DNA of 54,853 bases from a bacterium HR24 (GTDB lineage Bacteria; Chloroflexota; Dehalococcoidia; SM23-28-2; HRBIN24), in assembly GCA_002898715.1 (NCBI GenBank), contig BEIA01000002.1, forward strand, positions 1 to 54,853, in the 5' to 3' direction. Below, one piece after another: positions 1 to 10,502 of the stretch (the first letter of the stretch is position 1; every line of letters starts with the position of its first letter). The notes beneath the pieces were generated by a model, which saw only the letters and a list, made by a program, of their open reading frames with translations, did not search any database and was not told the origin of the DNA. Made by a program: the position numbers and the translations under genes.

Positions 1-420
1 AAGCCGCGGCGGCGAGAGCTCCACCGTCTGCCCGTCCTGCCAGGCATAGGCGGCCCAGGCCAGTTCTCCCCGTCCTGCCTGGTGCACTGCCACCACCGGT
101 CGCCCGCAACGCAGGTGAGGGTACGCGTCCAGCTCCAGCCTGCCCACGCCCACCGCCGCCAGCCCCAGGGCGTAGGCGAGCCCCTGGGCCGTGGCCACGC
201 CCACGCGCAGGCCGGTATACATGCCCGGCCCCAGGCAGACGAACACCGCCCGCAGGTCGGCCTTGCTGGCGCCGGCCTGGGCGAGCAGCCTGTCCAGGGT
301 GGGCAGCAGCTCCACGGTGTGGTTGCGGCGGCAGTGCCAAGTCACCTCCGCCAGCAAGCGTCCCTCTTGCGAGAGGGCCAGGGACGCCATCTCCGAGGCC
401 GTGTCCAGGGACAGCTCCAT
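1..420 (-). CDS. tsaB: tRNA threonylcarbamoyladenosine complex protein TsaB (YeaZ-like); C-terminal part lies beyond the window edge
   Basis: My own translation of the minus strand from the ATG at 418-420 gives MELSLDTASEMASLALSQEGRLLAEV...FVCLGPGMYTGLRVGVATAQGLAYALG, a typical TsaB N-terminus. It starts 2 nt after the tsaE stop. It is absent from the ORF track because it runs off the edge. Confidence 0.8.
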   Translation of the reverse strand, partial: MELSLDTASEMASLALSQEGRLLAEVTWHCRRNHTVELLPTLDRLLAQAGASKADLRAVFVCLGPGMYTGLRVGVATAQGLAYALGLAAVGVGRLELDAYPHLRCGRPVVAVHQAGRGELAWAAYAWQDGQTVELSPPRL

Positions 421-422
421 GG

Positions 423-911
423 TCACGCCCTCGCCCGCGCTTTCGTCTCTAGCCGGAGCGCCTCCAGTAGCTGTCGGGAGCGCTCGCCGGTTGCCGAGAA
501 CGAGAGCCGCCTGCGGCTCGCGCCCGTGACCTCGAACCTGACCAGCAAGTGATCGTCGGGGAACACGTGCCAGGCCCGGTCCGGCCACTCCACCGCCAGC
601 ACGCCGTCGCGGCAGTACTCGTCGAGGGCCAGCTCTTCCGCCTCCTCGGGGGTCGCCAGTCGGTAGAGGTCGGCGTGATAGAGCTTCAGGCGTCCCTCGT
701 ACTCGCCCAGCAGGACGAATGACTTGCTGGACACGCCCTCCTTCACCCCCAGGCCGCGGGCCAGCCCCTGCACCAGCACCGTCTTGCCCGACCCCAGCTC
801 GCCCAAGAGAAGGAGCACGTCTCCAGGCCTGACATAGCGGGCCAGCTTTTCGCCCAGGCGGCGTGTCTGGGCGGGGGTGGCTGTCTCGATGACCAGGTGG
901 GCTCCGGTCAT
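423..911 (-). CDS. tsaE: tRNA threonylcarbamoyladenosine biosynthesis ATPase TsaE (YjeE)
   Basis: 162-aa ORF with P-loop GELGSGKT and TsaE-like length and layout. Its start overlaps the thiL stop, and tsaB follows directly. Confidence 0.9.
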   Translation of the reverse strand: MTGAHLVIETATPAQTRRLGEKLARYVRPGDVLLLLGELGSGKTVLVQGLARGLGVKEGVSSKSFVLLGEYEGRLKLYHADLYRLATPEEAEELALDEYCRDGVLAVEWPDRAWHVFPDDHLLVRFEVTGASRRRLSFSATGERSRQLLEALRLETKARARA

Positions 912-1888
912 GGCCTTCGGAGGTGGTCCCAGCCCGGCACGGGGAAGTCCAGGGGGCGGCCCTGCTCATCCAGCACGGCGATGCCTTGCCCTTCCACCAC
1001 CTCACCGATGACGGTGACAGGCCCGGGCACCTTCTCCCGGAGGGAGGCCAGGGCCTCGGACGGCCCGGCCAGGAGTAGCTGGTAGTCCTCGCCGCCGGTG
1101 CAGGCCAGGGCCAGGGCGCGGTCGGGACAGGCGCGGCGCAGGGCGTCGCTCAGGGGCAGCGTGGCGGCATAAATCACGGCGCCGACGCCGCTCAGGCGGC
1201 AGATGTGGCCCAGGTCCTGCAGCAGCCCGTCGGAGATATCGATGGCGCAGGGGATGCGAAGCCTGGCCGCCTCCTGGCCCAGGGCCAGCGGAGGACGGGG
1301 CCGCGAATGGGCGAGGGCCAGTGGGCCCTCGGTCTGGCCCCGTCGCACCAGCTCCAGCCCCGCTGCGGCGTCGCCGAGGGTCCCGCTCACCGCCAGGGCG
1401 TACCCGGGCCGGGCCCCGTCCCGCCGCAGCAGAAGGGGCTGCCCGTGGCTGTCGGTCTGGGCGTGGCCCAGCAAGGCCACCGTCACCACCGCCTCGGGGG
1501 CGCGGACGATGTCGCCCCCGGCCACGGCGACGCCGTAGGCGCGAGCGCACTCGTCCAGGCCCCTGTAGAGCTCCTCTACCGCCTCCAGGGGCGTTTCGGG
1601 CGGCAGGCCCAGGGTCACCAGGGCGAAGCCGGGGACGGCGCCCATGGCCGCCACGTCGCTGACGTTAACCGCCAGGGCCTTCCAGCCCACGTCGGCCCAA
1701 GGGTGGACGCCGGGGAGGAAGTGCACGCCGGCCACCATGGTGTCGGTGGTGGCGACGATGAAGGCGTCGTCGGCCCGCCACACCGCGGCATCGTCGCCGA
1801 TGCCCAGCACCAGCCCCGGCGCCGGCCTGCCTGCGATGGCCGCCAGCCGCTCTATGAGGCCGAACTCCCCCACCGAGCCTACGTCCAT
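908..1888 (-). CDS. thiL: thiamine-monophosphate kinase
   Basis: 326-aa ORF with N-terminal GEFGLIERL...GIGDDAAV and an AIR-synthase-related ThiL architecture. Confidence 0.9.
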   Translation of the reverse strand: MDVGSVGEFGLIERLAAIAGRPAPGLVLGIGDDAAVWRADDAFIVATTDTMVAGVHFLPGVHPWADVGWKALAVNVSDVAAMGAVPGFALVTLGLPPETPLEAVEELYRGLDECARAYGVAVAGGDIVRAPEAVVTVALLGHAQTDSHGQPLLLRRDGARPGYALAVSGTLGDAAAGLELVRRGQTEGPLALAHSRPRPPLALGQEAARLRIPCAIDISDGLLQDLGHICRLSGVGAVIYAATLPLSDALRRACPDRALALACTGGEDYQLLLAGPSEALASLREKVPGPVTVIGEVVEGQGIAVLDEQGRPLDFPVPGWDHLRRP

Positions 1889-1970
1889 CGACAGCGATTA
1901 TCGCACGGGCGCTGGACAGGGGCGAGTTTGTTCACCTGCCGGCCCTCGCCTATCATTCCGCTGGGGGGCC

Positions 1971-2714
1971 ATGCGCATCGCTATAGTGTCCGACGTCCAC
2001 GCCAACCTGGCCGCGCTGGAGGCAGTTCTGCGCCACGCCGAGGCGGAGGGCGCTCTGGATGGCCTCTGGTGCCTGGGCGACATGGTGGGATACGGCCCCC
2101 AGCCCTGCGAGGTGCTGGACCGGCTGCGGGAAGCAGGGGCGCGGCCGGTGGCGGGTAATCACGACCTGGCGGCGGTGGGCCTCGTCTCCACCGCGGACTT
2201 CAATCCGGCGGCGGCGGCTGCCGTCCACTGGACGGCGCGGCAGCTCCGTGACGCTGACCGGCGCTACATCGAATCGTTGCCGCAGGTGCGGCGGGAAGAG
2301 GGCTTCACCCTGGTGCATGGCACCCTGCGATGGCCCGTGTGGGAGTACCTGTACTCTCACGACGCCGCGCTGGCGCACCTCTCGCGACAGGAGACGCCCT
2401 TCGGCCTGGTGGGGCACACTCACATCCCCATGCTGGTGGTAGAGGACGGGCGCTTCCCGCGCGGCTGCGAGCTGTTCTATCTCCAGGACGGTGCCGTAGT
2501 GGAGCTGCGGCCGGACAGGCGGCTGGTGCTGAACCCCGGCAGCGTGGGGCAGCCGCGGGACGGCGACCCCCGCGCCTCGTATGCCATTTACGACAGCGAG
2601 GCCGGCACCTTTTCCCTGCATCGGGTGGAGTACGACATCGCCGCCACGCAGAAGCTCATCGAAGAAGCAGGTCTGCCCCGCTGGCTCAGCGAGAGGCTGG
2701 CGGTGGGCCGGTGA
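1971..2714 (+). CDS. metallophosphoesterase (YfcE/MJ0936-like)
   Basis: Start moved to the in-frame ATG at 1971 (MRIAIVSDVHANL). Phosphoesterase motifs DVH, GDMVGYG, GNHD and GHTH are present. The upstream part of track ORF 1644..2714 is antisense to thiL. Confidence 0.8.
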   Translation: MRIAIVSDVHANLAALEAVLRHAEAEGALDGLWCLGDMVGYGPQPCEVLDRLREAGARPVAGNHDLAAVGLVSTADFNPAAAAAVHWTARQLRDADRRYIESLPQVRREEGFTLVHGTLRWPVWEYLYSHDAALAHLSRQETPFGLVGHTHIPMLVVEDGRFPRGCELFYLQDGAVVELRPDRRLVLNPGSVGQPRDGDPRASYAIYDSEAGTFSLHRVEYDIAATQKLIEEAGLPRWLSERLAVGR

Positions 2715-3627
2715 TCTCGCCGCCCTCGGGCTCCGAGTGGTGGCTGTAGGGCTCCACATACACCACCGCGTCCCTCACCTCCGGCACCTCCTCGCAGAGG
2801 CGGCGGGTGATGCGGCAGGCCAGCTCGTGGGCCTCGCCCAGGGTCACGTGGTCGGGCAGGTCCAGGGCTACGTCCAGGTGCACCCACTTGCCAGCCTGGC
2901 GCATGCGCAGGGAGTGGTAGCCAGTGCCGGCGCCCGTCTCCTCGGCCAGGATGCGCCGCACCTCCGCCTCTACGGCCAGGGAAGGGGCGGCATCCAGCAG
3001 CCCCTTAGTCGTGCGCAGGCCCAGCCGGGTGGCCGTGTAGACCATGACCGCGGCCACGGCCAGGGCCGCGGCCGGGTCGAGCCACTGGACGCCGAAGCGG
3101 CCGCCCAGCAGGCCCGCCAGCGCCGCCGTCTTGGCCCACAAATCGGTGGAGAAGTGGAAGGCGTCCGCCTCTAGTGCGTAGGAGCCGTAGGTGCGGGCCA
3201 CGCTGCCCAGGTAGCGGGCGGCCGCGTAGTCCACGACGATGGTGGCGGCCACCACGGCTATGGCGGCGGTTGGCACCTGCAGGTCGTAGCCGGTGGCCAG
3301 ACGGACGCCCACCTCGGCGGCGATAAAGATAGCTATGACCGCTACCAGCGCCACCTGGACGAGCGAGGAGAAGTTCTCGAACTTGGCGTGGCCATAGTGG
3401 TGGCCTGGGTCGGGCGGACGGGAGGCCATGGACACGCCCCAGTAGGCGAAGAGGGAGGCTGCCAGGTCGAAGACCGAGTGGCCGGCATCGGCCAGCACCG
3501 CCAGGGAGCCGGTGAAATACGCCACCAGCCCCTCCACAGCGATGAGGAGCACGTTTATGGCCACCGATGCCGCGGCTGCGAGGCGCTTGGGCCGGGCCGC
3601 CGGGTCGATGTAGCGGGTCGCAGTCAC
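2686..3627 (-). CDS. cation diffusion facilitator (CDF) family metal efflux transporter
   Basis: 313-aa ORF with a GTG start. It has a six-TM N-terminal half with LADAGHSVFD and HFSTD metal-site motifs, plus the CDF cytoplasmic C-terminal domain. Confidence 0.85.
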   Translation of the reverse strand: MTATRYIDPAARPKRLAAAASVAINVLLIAVEGLVAYFTGSLAVLADAGHSVFDLAASLFAYWGVSMASRPPDPGHHYGHAKFENFSSLVQVALVAVIAIFIAAEVGVRLATGYDLQVPTAAIAVVAATIVVDYAAARYLGSVARTYGSYALEADAFHFSTDLWAKTAALAGLLGGRFGVQWLDPAAALAVAAVMVYTATRLGLRTTKGLLDAAPSLAVEAEVRRILAEETGAGTGYHSLRMRQAGKWVHLDVALDLPDHVTLGEAHELACRITRRLCEEVPEVRDAVVYVEPYSHHSEPEGGEITGPPPASR

Positions 3628-3712
3628 CGGGCAGCACCCCTACAAGGCCATTGTAACTCCCGCGCCCGCGCCCCCGCCCCGCACCCCTTCCCCGCCGTAC
3701 GCTACCGGCGGC

Positions 3713-3718
3713 TATAAT
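3713..3718 (+). promoter_or_regulatory. -10 box TATAAT, 11 nt upstream of the ATG at 3730 with no SD (near-leaderless start)
   Basis: The sequence reads ggcggcTATAATaggcaagcagcATG. No good -35 is seen. Confidence 0.35.
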
Positions 3719-3729
3719 AGGCAAGCAGC

Positions 3730-4788
3730 ATGGCACCCGTTAACGTGGTCGTCGCTCTGGGCATCGGCCCCGAGCTACAGGAGCGGATCAGGGCCGTCGA
3801 CGGGCGCGTGCGCCTCACCGTCCTCGATCGGGCCCAGCGCCATGTCTATCGCGGCGGCCGCCGCCTGTGGGTCGGCTATCCCGAGCACTACGAGCCGCCC
3901 CAGGACGAAGAGACGCCGCGACGAGAGCTGCGGGCCATCATGGCCGAGGCAGAGGTGCTCCTGACCACGCCCGTGGTGCCCCCCGACCTGGTGGAGCTGG
4001 CCCCTCGCCTGCGCTGGCTACAGCTCACCAGCGCCGGCGCCGACCGCCTGGCCGAGAACCCTGTTTTTGGCAGCGGGGTCACCATCACTACGGCCAGCGG
4101 CATCCATGGCATCCCCATCGGCGAATACGTGCTGGGGGCCATGCTGGCCCTGGCCAAGGGCTTTCCCCGGGCGATGACCGCCCAGCGGGAGCGCGCCTGG
4201 CGCCAGTACCTGCCCGATGAGCTGCACGGGCGCACTGTGGGCATCGTGGGGCTGGGGGCCATAGGCCGGGAGGTGGCCAGGCTGGCCAAGGCCTTCGGCA
4301 TGAGGGTGCTGGCCTGCCGCCGTTCCTGTTCGTATCCCCAGGAGCGGCCGGCCGAGGTGCCGGGGGTGGACCTGCTCCTACCCGTAAGCGAGTTGCGCTG
4401 CCTGCTGGCCGAGGCGGACTACGTTGTGCTGGCTGTGCCCCTCACGCCCGAGACGAGGGGCCTGATAGGCCGAGAGGAGCTGGCGGCCATGAAGACGGGC
4501 GCCTGCCTGGTCAACGTGGCCCGCGGGCCGGTGGTGGACGAGGACGCGCTGCTGGAAGCCCTGCGCTCCGGCCACCTGGGCGGTGCGGTGCTGGACGTGT
4601 TCCGCGAGGAGCCCCTGCCGCCCGAGAGCGGCCTGTGGGACCTGCCCAACGTCATCCTCACGCCGCACATCGCCGGGGGCACGCCGCGCTACGTGGAGCG
4701 GGCAGTGGACCTGTTCTGCGACAACCTGCGTCGCTACGTGGCCGGACAGCCCCTGCGGAACGTCGTCGACCCCAGGCGCGGCTACTAG
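3730..4788 (+). CDS. D-isomer-specific 2-hydroxyacid dehydrogenase family protein (NAD-binding)
   Basis: 352-aa ORF with Rossmann motif GIVGLGAIGREVA and catalytic-region motifs LVNVARG and LTPHIAG. Confidence 0.85.
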   Translation: MAPVNVVVALGIGPELQERIRAVDGRVRLTVLDRAQRHVYRGGRRLWVGYPEHYEPPQDEETPRRELRAIMAEAEVLLTTPVVPPDLVELAPRLRWLQLTSAGADRLAENPVFGSGVTITTASGIHGIPIGEYVLGAMLALAKGFPRAMTAQRERAWRQYLPDELHGRTVGIVGLGAIGREVARLAKAFGMRVLACRRSCSYPQERPAEVPGVDLLLPVSELRCLLAEADYVVLAVPLTPETRGLIGREELAAMKTGACLVNVARGPVVDEDALLEALRSGHLGGAVLDVFREEPLPPESGLWDLPNVILTPHIAGGTPRYVERAVDLFCDNLRRYVAGQPLRNVVDPRRGY

Positions 4789-4797
4789 GCGCGGGCA

Positions 4798-5397
4798 TCA
4801 GGCCAGGAAAGTGCGGGCGCCCTCCAGGATGAAGTCCACGGCGATGGCCATGAGCAGCACACCCACCAGCCGGGTGAGCACCCGCAGGGCCGACTCGCCC
4901 AGCAGCCTGAACACGGCCTCGGCCCACGCGAACAGCGCCCAGGCCATAGCGAACACTGCGGCGGCAGCGGCAATGGTCAGGCCTGCCCCTATGCCCTGGG
5001 ACAGGGAGACGGCGGTGGCCAGGGCCCCTGGCCCCGACAGCAGCGGCACGGCCAGGGGTACCAGCGCCACCTGGAAGACATCGACTCGCACCCCGTCGGC
5101 GTCGCTCAGGTCCAGGCTCTGCCCCCGCTCCACCATGCGGTAGGCGGGGAATACCAGCAGGGCCCCCGCCGCCACCTGGAAGCTCTCGGCCGATATGCCC
5201 ATGAACTCCAGCACCTGCTCGCCGCCCAGGGCGAAGACCACCAGCAGTGCGAAGGCGGCGACCACGGACACCGTCGCCGCCCGCACCTGCAGGGGCCGGG
5301 GCAACTGCGCCGTAAGCAGGTAGAACACCAGCACGTTGCCGATGGGGTCTATGATGGCGAAGAAGGAGACTAGGGCCCGCGCGAAGTCCTCGCCCAT
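4798..5397 (-). CDS. MarC/UPF0056 family integral membrane protein
   Basis: 199-aa multi-TM ORF carrying the family signature FFAIIDPIGN. Confidence 0.8.
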   Translation of the reverse strand: MGEDFARALVSFFAIIDPIGNVLVFYLLTAQLPRPLQVRAATVSVVAAFALLVVFALGGEQVLEFMGISAESFQVAAGALLVFPAYRMVERGQSLDLSDADGVRVDVFQVALVPLAVPLLSGPGALATAVSLSQGIGAGLTIAAAAAVFAMAWALFAWAEAVFRLLGESALRVLTRLVGVLLMAIAVDFILEGARTFLA

Positions 5398-5418
5398 GGG
5401 TGGGGAGGGGCCGGTGGC

Positions 5419-7926
5419 CTAGGGCTGGCCCTCGTCGGAGCGCACCGATACCACCGCCATGCAGGAAACGGCGTCGCCCGGGGCCAGGTCCATCAGGCGC
5501 ACCCCCTGGGTGCCGCGGCCCTGGACGGATATCTCGTCCACCGGCGTGCGCAGCATGATGCCGTCCTGGGAGGCCACCGCCACCTCGTCGCCCGGGCGCA
5601 CCACGCGGGCGGCGGCCACCGGGCCGGTGCGGTCGCCCACCTTGTAGGTGACGACCCCCTGCCCGCCCCTCCCCTGCCGGGGATACTGGTCCAGCGGCGT
5701 CCGCTTGCCGTAGCCGCGGGCGGTGACCACCAGGAGGTGGCCGCCGTCCTTGGCGATGTCCATGGCCACCACCGCGTCGCCGGGGGAGAGCTTGATGCCG
5801 CGCACGCCGCCCGACTGCCGCGACGCCTGGCGCAGGGCGCTGACGGGAAAGCGCAGGGCCTTACCCTGGGCCGTCACCAGCACGGCGTCGTCGCCGTCGC
5901 GGGCGAGCCGTGCCGAGACCAGCTCATCGCCCTGCTCCAGGTCCATGGCCACCAGCCCGCGCCTGCCGGCCGAGGCGAACTCGGAGAGGGGCGTCCGCTT
6001 CACCTCGCCCAGGCGGGTGGCCATGACCAGGCAGTCGTGGTCGGCTCCGTACGGGTGCCGGACCACCGCCGTCACCCGCTCGCCTGGCTCCATGCCCGAG
6101 AGGAAATTGATGACGGGCTGGCCGCGGGCCTGGCGCGACTCCTCGGGTATCTCGAACGCCCGCACCTGGAAGCAGCGGCCGCGGTCGGTGAAGAAGACCA
6201 GGCTGTCGTGGGTGTCGGCCACCACCAGGTGGGCCACGGCGTCGTCCTCGCGCGTGCGCATGGCGGTGATGCCGCGGCCGCCGCGGCGCTGGGCGCGGTA
6301 GGTGGACAGGGGCATGCGCTTGATGTAGCCGCGGGAGGAGATGGTCACCACCACGTCCTGGTGGGGCACCAGGTCCTCCTCGCTGACCTCCTCCGGCTCC
6401 TGGTCGACTATCTGGGTGCGGCGGGGGTCGCCGTACTTCCTCTTCAGCTCCCGCATCTCTTCTTTGATGACGAAGTCGATCTTGCGGGGGTTGGCCAGCA
6501 GGTCTTCCAGATAGGCGATCTCCTTGATGACCTCGGCGTATTCCTCCTGCAGCTTCTCCCTCTCCAGCCGGGCCAGGCGGCGCAGTTGCATGTCCAGCAC
6601 CGCCTGGGCCTGTCTTTCGCTGAGGCTGAAGGGGCGGGCCATGAGCTTCTGCCGCGCCTCGTCAGCCGAGGCCGACTGACGGATGGTGCGGATGACGGCG
6701 TCCAGGTGATCCAGGGCCTTGAGCAGCCCCTGGAGGATGTGCTCCCGCTCCCTGGCCCGCTCCAAGTCGAACTGGGAGCGGCGCCGCACTACCTCCCGCC
6801 GATGGGCGATGAAGGCCTCCAGCATGCGCTTGAGGCCCACAGTACGGGGCTGGCCGTCCACCAGGGCCAGCATGTTGGCATTGAAGGCCGTCTGCATGGG
6901 CGTGTGCTTGTAGAGGGCTGCCAGGACCTGCTGGGGGTTGGCCTCGCGCTTGACCTCGATGACGATGCGCAGCCCTTCGCGGTCGGACTCGTCGCGCACC
7001 TCGGAGATGCCCTCTATTCGCCGCTCTCGCGCCAGCTCGGCGATGCGGGCCACCAGGGCTGCCTTGGCCACGCGGTAAGGCAGCTCGGTGACCACGATCT
7101 GGTGGCCGCCGCGGGGAAGGGGCTCGATGTGCGAGCGGGCCCGCATCAGGATGCGGCCCTTGCCCTCGGCGTAGGCATGCCCGATGGCGTCCATCTTGCG
7201 CTCCACTCTCTGGCCATCGGGCCCGGGCACCCGCACCTTTTCGTAGCGGAAGATGATGCCGCCGGTGGGGAAATCGGGGCCGCGCACGATGCGGGTCAGG
7301 TCTTCGGTGGTGGCGTCGGGCTTGTCCAGCAGGTGGACGATGGCGTCGCACACCTCCGACAAGTTGTGAGGAGGGATGTCGGTGGCCATGCCCACGGCGA
7401 TGCCGGAGGCGCCGTTGACGAGCAGGTTGGGCAGGCGGGCGGGCAGGACGACGGGCTCCTTCAGCGAGTCGTCGAAGTTGGGGACGAAGTCCACCGTGTC
7501 CTTGTCGATATCGGCCAGCATCTCCTCGGCGATGGCCGCCAGGCGGGCCTCGGTGTAGCGCATGGCCGCCGGGGGGTCATCGTCGATGGAGCCGAAGTTG
7601 CCCTGGCCATCTACCAGGGGATAGCGCATGGTGAAGGGCTGGGCCAGGCGCACCATGGCCTCGTAGACGGGGTCGTCGCCGTGGGGGTGGTACTTGCCCA
7701 GCACCTCGCCCACGATGCGGGCGCTCTTCTTGTACGGCTGGCCGGGGCGCAGGCCCAGCTCCTGCATGACGTAGAGGATGCGCCGCTGTACGGGCTTGAG
7801 GCCGTCGCGCACGTCGGGGAGGGCGCGCGAGACGATGACGCTCATGGCGTAGTCCAGGTAGGCCGCCCGCATCTCCTCCTCGATGCGGACGGGCCTTATC
7901 TCCCGCGCCACCTGCTCCGAGACCAT
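5419..7926 (-). CDS. gyrA: DNA gyrase subunit A
   Basis: 835-aa ORF with [32 protein letters not shown], the active-site region [10 protein letters not shown] and C-terminal beta-pinwheel repeats. Confidence 0.97.
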   Translation of the reverse strand: MVSEQVAREIRPVRIEEEMRAAYLDYAMSVIVSRALPDVRDGLKPVQRRILYVMQELGLRPGQPYKKSARIVGEVLGKYHPHGDDPVYEAMVRLAQPFTMRYPLVDGQGNFGSIDDDPPAAMRYTEARLAAIAEEMLADIDKDTVDFVPNFDDSLKEPVVLPARLPNLLVNGASGIAVGMATDIPPHNLSEVCDAIVHLLDKPDATTEDLTRIVRGPDFPTGGIIFRYEKVRVPGPDGQRVERKMDAIGHAYAEGKGRILMRARSHIEPLPRGGHQIVVTELPYRVAKAALVARIAELARERRIEGISEVRDESDREGLRIVIEVKREANPQQVLAALYKHTPMQTAFNANMLALVDGQPRTVGLKRMLEAFIAHRREVVRRRSQFDLERAREREHILQGLLKALDHLDAVIRTIRQSASADEARQKLMARPFSLSERQAQAVLDMQLRRLARLEREKLQEEYAEVIKEIAYLEDLLANPRKIDFVIKEEMRELKRKYGDPRRTQIVDQEPEEVSEEDLVPHQDVVVTISSRGYIKRMPLSTYRAQRRGGRGITAMRTREDDAVAHLVVADTHDSLVFFTDRGRCFQVRAFEIPEESRQARGQPVINFLSGMEPGERVTAVVRHPYGADHDCLVMATRLGEVKRTPLSEFASAGRRGLVAMDLEQGDELVSARLARDGDDAVLVTAQGKALRFPVSALRQASRQSGGVRGIKLSPGDAVVAMDIAKDGGHLLVVTARGYGKRTPLDQYPRQGRGGQGVVTYKVGDRTGPVAAARVVRPGDEVAVASQDGIMLRTPVDEISVQGRGTQGVRLMDLAPGDAVSCMAVVSVRSDEGQP

Positions 7927-8042
7927 CTAGCTCACCTCGCTCGTCGTGGGGGTCGTGCGGGCGGGCAGGGACGGCTGCCCGCCATAGCCCAGAGACAAAA
8001 GCGCACGTACACTTCTCATAATACCGTTTATCGCCCTCTGGC

Positions 8043-8741
8043 TCACCGTGGCCGGCGGCAGGCGGCGATGAGGGTGGCGAAGAGGGGCGCGGCAGCGGCG
8101 ATGGGGCCCTCCGGCTGCGGCCCCTCGCCCCACATCTCGGGGCGCTCCGGGTGCCACTGCACCCCCACCGCCCAGGGGTGGCCCTCCACCTGCACCGCCT
8201 CCACGAGGCCGTCGGGCGAGAGGGCGAGCGCCCGCAGGCCCGGCGCCAGGCGGTCGGGCGTCACCGCCTGGTGGTGACGGGAGTTGGCCCAGACCTCCTC
8301 CCGTCCGTAAAGCTCTCGCAACAGGCTGCCAGGCAGCAGGCGCAGCGGGTGCCAGGCCGAGGAGCCGTCCTCCCCCGCCTGATGAGAGCCGTCCTCGATG
8401 TGCTGCAGCAGCTTCCCGCCCAGGGCCACGTTCAGGAGCTGGTGGCCGCGGCAGATCCCCAGCACCGGCAGGCCCAGGCGCAGGGCCTCCTGCAGCAGCG
8501 AGAGCTCGTGCTCATCGCGCTGGCGATTGGGGGACTGAGTGGCCGGGTGGGGCCGCTCGCCGTACAGGGAGGGGTCAACGTCCACCCCGCCGGTGATGAG
8601 GAGGCCGTGGACGCCCCGCAGGCCGGCATCCCTGCCCAGGCGCACAGGCTCGCCGCCCGCCCGGCACACGCTCCGCTCGTAGTGCAGAAAGCGCTCGCCC
8701 GGGGGCGCCTTCCAGAGGGGGATGCCGATGCGGGGCCTCAT
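8043..8741 (-). CDS. class I glutamine amidotransferase / peptidase C26 (gamma-glutamyl hydrolase-like)
   Basis: 232-aa ORF with nucleophile elbow GICRGHQLLNV and NSRHHQAV. Confidence 0.8.
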   Translation of the reverse strand: MRPRIGIPLWKAPPGERFLHYERSVCRAGGEPVRLGRDAGLRGVHGLLITGGVDVDPSLYGERPHPATQSPNRQRDEHELSLLQEALRLGLPVLGICRGHQLLNVALGGKLLQHIEDGSHQAGEDGSSAWHPLRLLPGSLLRELYGREEVWANSRHHQAVTPDRLAPGLRALALSPDGLVEAVQVEGHPWAVGVQWHPERPEMWGEGPQPEGPIAAAAPLFATLIAACRRPR

Positions 8742-8753
8742 AAAGCGAGTATA

Positions 8754-9536
8754 TCAGTGCACCAGCCGTCGGCGCATGAGCAGCAGGGCCAGGGCGTAGA
8801 AGAGCAGGGCGGCCCCTGCCAGCCAGGCCAGGTGCCCCAGGTGGCCCCACTCCAGGCCGCCCCGCACCAGCCCCCGGAACAGTTCCGCAGCATGGGCCGA
8901 GGGCACCCACCAGGAGAGCCTCTGCGCCCACTCCGGCAGGCCGTCCAGGGGGAACCAGGCGCCCGACAGCCAGAACTGGGGGGTGATGTAGAGAACGAAG
9001 AAGTAGTTCAGCGAGCGCACCGACCGCGCCAGGGCAGTATTGCAAAGGCTGATGGCGGCGAAGAACAGGCAGGCCGGCACCGCCGCCAGGGGCACCAGCA
9101 ACGCCAGAGGCGAGGCCACCGTCCCGAAGGCGGCGATGACCACCAGGATGAAGCAGGTGCTGATGAGGCCGCGGGTGGCCGCCCAGAGCACCTCGCCGGT
9201 GGTGATGTCGTCCACCGACAGGGGCGTGGCCATAACGGCATCGAAGATGCGCTCGCTCTCAAGGCGGAAGTAGGAGGACCAGCCCGCCTCGCTGGTGGCG
9301 GCCCACATGGGGAAGATGGCCAGAAGACCAGGCGCCACGAACTCCAGATAGCTCTCGTCCCCCGGTAGGTCGACGATGCGTCCCAACCCCAGCCCCAGCG
9401 CCAGCAGGGTCACCAGGGGCTCCACGAAGGGCCAGACCGTCTCTTCCACCCAGGTGTTGCGCAGCACATCCCAGTTGCGCTGCCACAGGCACAGGGCCCG
9501 CGCCGACAGGTCGGGGCGGGGCAAGGCCAGGGTCAT
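8754..9536 (-). CDS. ABC-2 type exporter permease
   Basis: Start moved to the in-frame ATG (MTLALPRPDLSARAL...), which overlaps the ATPase stop as ATGA. The product has six predicted TM segments. The Arg/Gly/Pro-rich N-terminal 133 aa of track ORF 8754..9935 overlaps the ATPase gene. Confidence 0.8.
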   Translation of the reverse strand: MTLALPRPDLSARALCLWQRNWDVLRNTWVEETVWPFVEPLVTLLALGLGLGRIVDLPGDESYLEFVAPGLLAIFPMWAATSEAGWSSYFRLESERIFDAVMATPLSVDDITTGEVLWAATRGLISTCFILVVIAAFGTVASPLALLVPLAAVPACLFFAAISLCNTALARSVRSLNYFFVLYITPQFWLSGAWFPLDGLPEWAQRLSWWVPSAHAAELFRGLVRGGLEWGHLGHLAWLAGAALLFYALALLLMRRRLVH

Positions 9537-10456
9537 TCCGTCAGCCCCCTTCCCGTGAGGCGGAGGAACACGTCCTCCAGGTTGGGGCGGCGGAACACCA
9601 CCCGCTCGCCGACGCCGCGCAGCAGGGCAGGGTCGAGCCCGTCCTCCCCGCGAACGTAGAGGAAGAGCACGTCGCCCGCCCGCTCCCAGGAGAGGTCGCC
9701 CACGCCTGCCAGGCGGGCGAGCACCTGCTCGCCGTCGCCGTCCAGGCCCAGGTGCACCTCCACCACCTCGCGGCCTGCATAGCGCTCCACCAGCGCCTGG
9801 GGGCTGCCCTCCACCACCACGCGGCCTTCGTTGAGGATGACCAGCCGGTCGCAGAGCTGCTCGGCCTCTTCCATGTAGTGCGTGGTGAGGACCATCGTGA
9901 CCCCCTGGGCCTTGAGCTGCCGCAGCCGTTGCCACAGAACGTGCCGGGCCTGGGGGTCGAGGCCGGTGGTGGGCTCGTCCAGCACCAGCAGCCGGGGGGC
10001 GTTGATGAGGGCACGGGCGATGATGAGCCTGCGCCTCATGCCTGCCGACAGGGTCTCCACTCGCTGGCGGGACCTGTCCTGGAGGTGGAAGAACTCCAGC
10101 AGCTCCGCTGCCCGCTCCTCGGCCACGGCGCGGGGGATGTCGTAATAGCGGCTGAACACGCGCAGGTTCTGCCAGACCGTCAGCTCCGGGTCGAGGTTAT
10201 CGTGCTGGGGCACCAGGCCCAGGCGGGCGCGCACCTGCCGCCCGTGGCGGGAGACGTCCAGGCCGTCCACCAGCAACTGCCCTGCCGTCAGGGGCGAGAG
10301 GGCGGCCATCAGGCGCACGGTGGTAGTCTTGCCGGCGCCGTTGGGGCCCAGGATGCCGAAGCACTCCCCTTCCTCCACGTGGAAGGAGATGCCGTCCACG
10401 GCGGTGAAGGCCCCATAGCGCTTGACGATGCCACGGGCGACTACCAGCGGCGGCAT
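9533..10456 (-). CDS. ABC transporter ATP-binding protein (ABC-2 exporter partner)
   Basis: Start moved to MPPLVVARGIVKRYG. Walker A GPNGAGKTT, signature LSAGMRRR and Walker B LLVLDEPT are present. Confidence 0.85.
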   Translation of the reverse strand: MPPLVVARGIVKRYGAFTAVDGISFHVEEGECFGILGPNGAGKTTTVRLMAALSPLTAGQLLVDGLDVSRHGRQVRARLGLVPQHDNLDPELTVWQNLRVFSRYYDIPRAVAEERAAELLEFFHLQDRSRQRVETLSAGMRRRLIIARALINAPRLLVLDEPTTGLDPQARHVLWQRLRQLKAQGVTMVLTTHYMEEAEQLCDRLVILNEGRVVVEGSPQALVERYAGREVVEVHLGLDGDGEQVLARLAGVGDLSWERAGDVLFLYVRGEDGLDPALLRGVGERVVFRRPNLEDVFLRLTGRGLTE

Positions 10457-10502
10457 GATGGATGCGGGGCGACTGTCGACGGGCGTGGGCCGGGCGGCAG
10501 GC

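Noticed and set aside
5737-8277. An 846-aa plus-strand ORF, the longest in the track apart from real genes.
   Set aside because: It lies entirely antisense to gyrA and the downstream amidotransferase gene. Its Gly/Ala/His/Leu/Arg-rich low-complexity composition is typical of open antisense frames in very GC-rich DNA. It has no recognisable motif.
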